From: Podarcis muralis
Taxonomy: Eukaryota
Length of the DNA: 64,000 bases
Assembly: GCF_964188315.1 (NCBI RefSeq)
Contig: NC_135660.1
Location: 82,150,001-82,214,000 of the forward strand
Direction of reading: 5' to 3'
Shown here: in pieces, positions 61,939 through 64,000 of the stretch
Numbering within the stretch: the first letter of the stretch is position 1
Layout of the letters: each line of letters opens with the position of its first letter
Program-made: the position numbers and the translations under genes
Notes under the pieces: generated by a model
What the model saw: the letters and a program-made list of their open reading frames with translations, nothing else
Databases searched by the model: none
Told to the model about the DNA's origin: nothing

Positions 61939-64000
61939 ATCTAGTGAGCAAAAATGCTTTCGTTGAATCTCCAGTGCAGAGATCTCAACTTTTGATTAAA
62001 ACACACTTGATGGCTCACGGCAGAAGCATGAGGTGCCTTCTATGAGAGAGATTGTGCTTGAGATGACATGCAGGGATCTGAAAGCTCTGTTATATAGGTC
62101 TAATCTGTCTCACACATGGAAATCATCACTGGATATTGCATGCATGAGTTCACTCTTGAGTTCGGAGCTGTGAGGGGAAGCCACCAAGGACTTGGAGGGC
62201 TGTCTCTCTTCCTCAGTAGAATGGTTGGAACCAGCTTGTTTTATGTAATAGGTCTTATAACTTATATTAATATACCAGTGTAGTTTAATAAAAAGATCAT
62301 AGGAACCCTAAAGCTCATAGTAAAAATGGCATTTTACTTTTACCCTCCCTCTTTCTTTTTGCCTTTGGCGTATCAAGCATTATCTACCAAACGAATATAA
62401 TAGTTTCTGAAAGCTTGTATAATACATGGCCTCTCTTATTTAAGCTTTGAAGAAAATGTCTTCTGCAAGTGCACGGCTGGCAAGCAACATTTACTGTTCA
62501 GATAAATTGAGCGCAAAATTCTTTGTGTTACAAGGGTTAGAAGCAAATTTTACATTGTGCAGGCAAGGACGATTAACCCTCCAGTCATTTTATATATCTA
62601 TATAGTAGTAGGTAACTTTTTTTTTACTTTCTGTATATAGTATTCATGTTTTCCAGCCCAAACATAAGGCTCAGCCATGGTTAAGTTGAATTGTGATTTG
62701 ATGCAGTGTCCGAATTGACAAAATATAGTTAGGGTTTATTTCTGTAAGTCCCTGCAATGGAGACAGAGTGAAGCTGAAAGGGTGGAGAATAAGATCAAAT
62801 GGTTCTGAACAATTGTTTGTTAAACATGCCATGGTTTGAGTTCTAAACCATGTCTGTTGCAAACCATAGTTCATTCAGTGTGGTGTCTGATGTCTATGCA
62901 GATTACCTTAATTCTAGGGATAATGAACAGATGCCAGGTGTAGGAGGGAGCAATGGGATTGCACTTGTTGCTCATGCTTTCCTCCATTGGGTTGTCTTCA
63001 CAGAGTCTACATGCAGATAGGCTGTATGTAAAAGAAACATTCAGTGTTTGGATCAGGAATGAGAAGAGCAGGTTTGATAGTGCCCCTCCCTTCACTGATT
63101 ATCGCCAGAAAAGGTTGCCTGCCTGAGTTACTGAGTTGTAATCCATTTAAGATAGAGGTAATGTTTCTTCCCTCTAATGGAGCAAAGTGGTTTTCCTGTT
63201 AATATGGGAAGCTTTCAAGCAAACCTTCAACACGTACACAGTTTAGAGATGAGTTCTTGCTCCACGTACAAATTGCAAATGAAAAATAGAATCCAGATGG
63301 TTATATTTCCCCTTTTCTATTTTAAAGATTGTTTTACCATAGTCTGAGCTTCTCGGTATGTGCCAAATTTTCATCATATGGTTGTATTGCCTTAGCTTTA
63401 ATATCAAACTGTCAGGATGCAACTGACATTCAGAAATACTAAACAAACAGTTAAACCGGTTAAAGTATTGGCGTGCATGATTAATGTTCTGCAGTGCATA
63501 TTATCAAGAGTAGGAACCCAAATTCTGGCAAAGCAAGAACATTTACCACTGTTAATCTAGAGATTCTTACCATGGCCTTGGGCAGCAAACACGTACTACA
63601 CCAGGAACTGAGAACCTGTTGTATGTTGGACTTCCAACTCCCATAATCCCCAACCAGCATGGACAGTGATCGGAGAAATTTAGTCCAAAAGTATCTGGAA
63701 GGTCACATGTTCTCCATCCCAATGCTACATTATAGCTCTGTCATGGCAGAGGTAGAAAAATTCCCAACATCTTTCATTTATTTGTTAATTAACAGAATTT
63801 ATATATACACCACATAATGCAAGTTATCTGTGTCCTCTGCAGAACAAATACAGCTATTTAAAATACAATGTAAAAACCCTTACTGTAAAAATCTGTGTAA
63901 AACAGTGCATAATGACCGTGTGCCCATTTTTTTCTCATATGGCAGTGTTGAGATCCTTAATGTGGTACCAGATTTCACAATGTACACTAGCTGTCTGCCA

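Larger units (their letters stand above)
27891..64000 (+). other. DLG5 intron 1 (runs past the window end)
   Basis: No segment encoding the expected exon 2 peptide (STYSVLSTMPSDSESSSS-like) was found by eye; the region is TE-rich. Confidence 0.75.

Noticed and set aside
27891-64000. DLG5 exon 2
   Set aside because: No STYSVLSTMPSDSESSSS-like coding segment found by eye; it probably lies beyond the window.

Overview
Vertebrate genomic DNA from a squamate reptile, most likely a lacertid lizard (Sauria SINEs, BovB, CR1/L2/L1 and many lizard-type MITEs). It holds the last nine coding exons of POLR3A (+ strand, 830-14940; all junctions GT-AG, phases consistent, ending in TAG). About 12.6 kb further on are a CpG-island promoter and coding exon 1 of DLG5 (+, ATG 27536, donor after 27890). 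The rest is DLG5 intron 1; I did not find exon 2. The POLR3A-DLG5 tandem order matches the human arrangement as I recall it. There is one 138-N gap. Almost all long ORFs in the track that are not these exons are decayed retroelements or GC-rich artefacts. I found no new protein-coding system. Best leads: (1) two type I hammerhead-ribozyme motifs, an intact minimal one in a Penelope-like fragment (18355-18392, -) and a CpG-decayed one on the sense strand of DLG5 intron 1 (58727-58778); (2) a ~17-aa insertion in the DLG5 CARD-like domain that overlaps an in-frame 60-nt GT..AG segment; (3) two SINEs with different tRNA heads (Lys, Ile) on the same CR1-type tail; (4) a two-part DLG5 CpG island that may hold a second or divergent promoter. 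Comparisons with human sequences and TE family names are from memory, not database searches.
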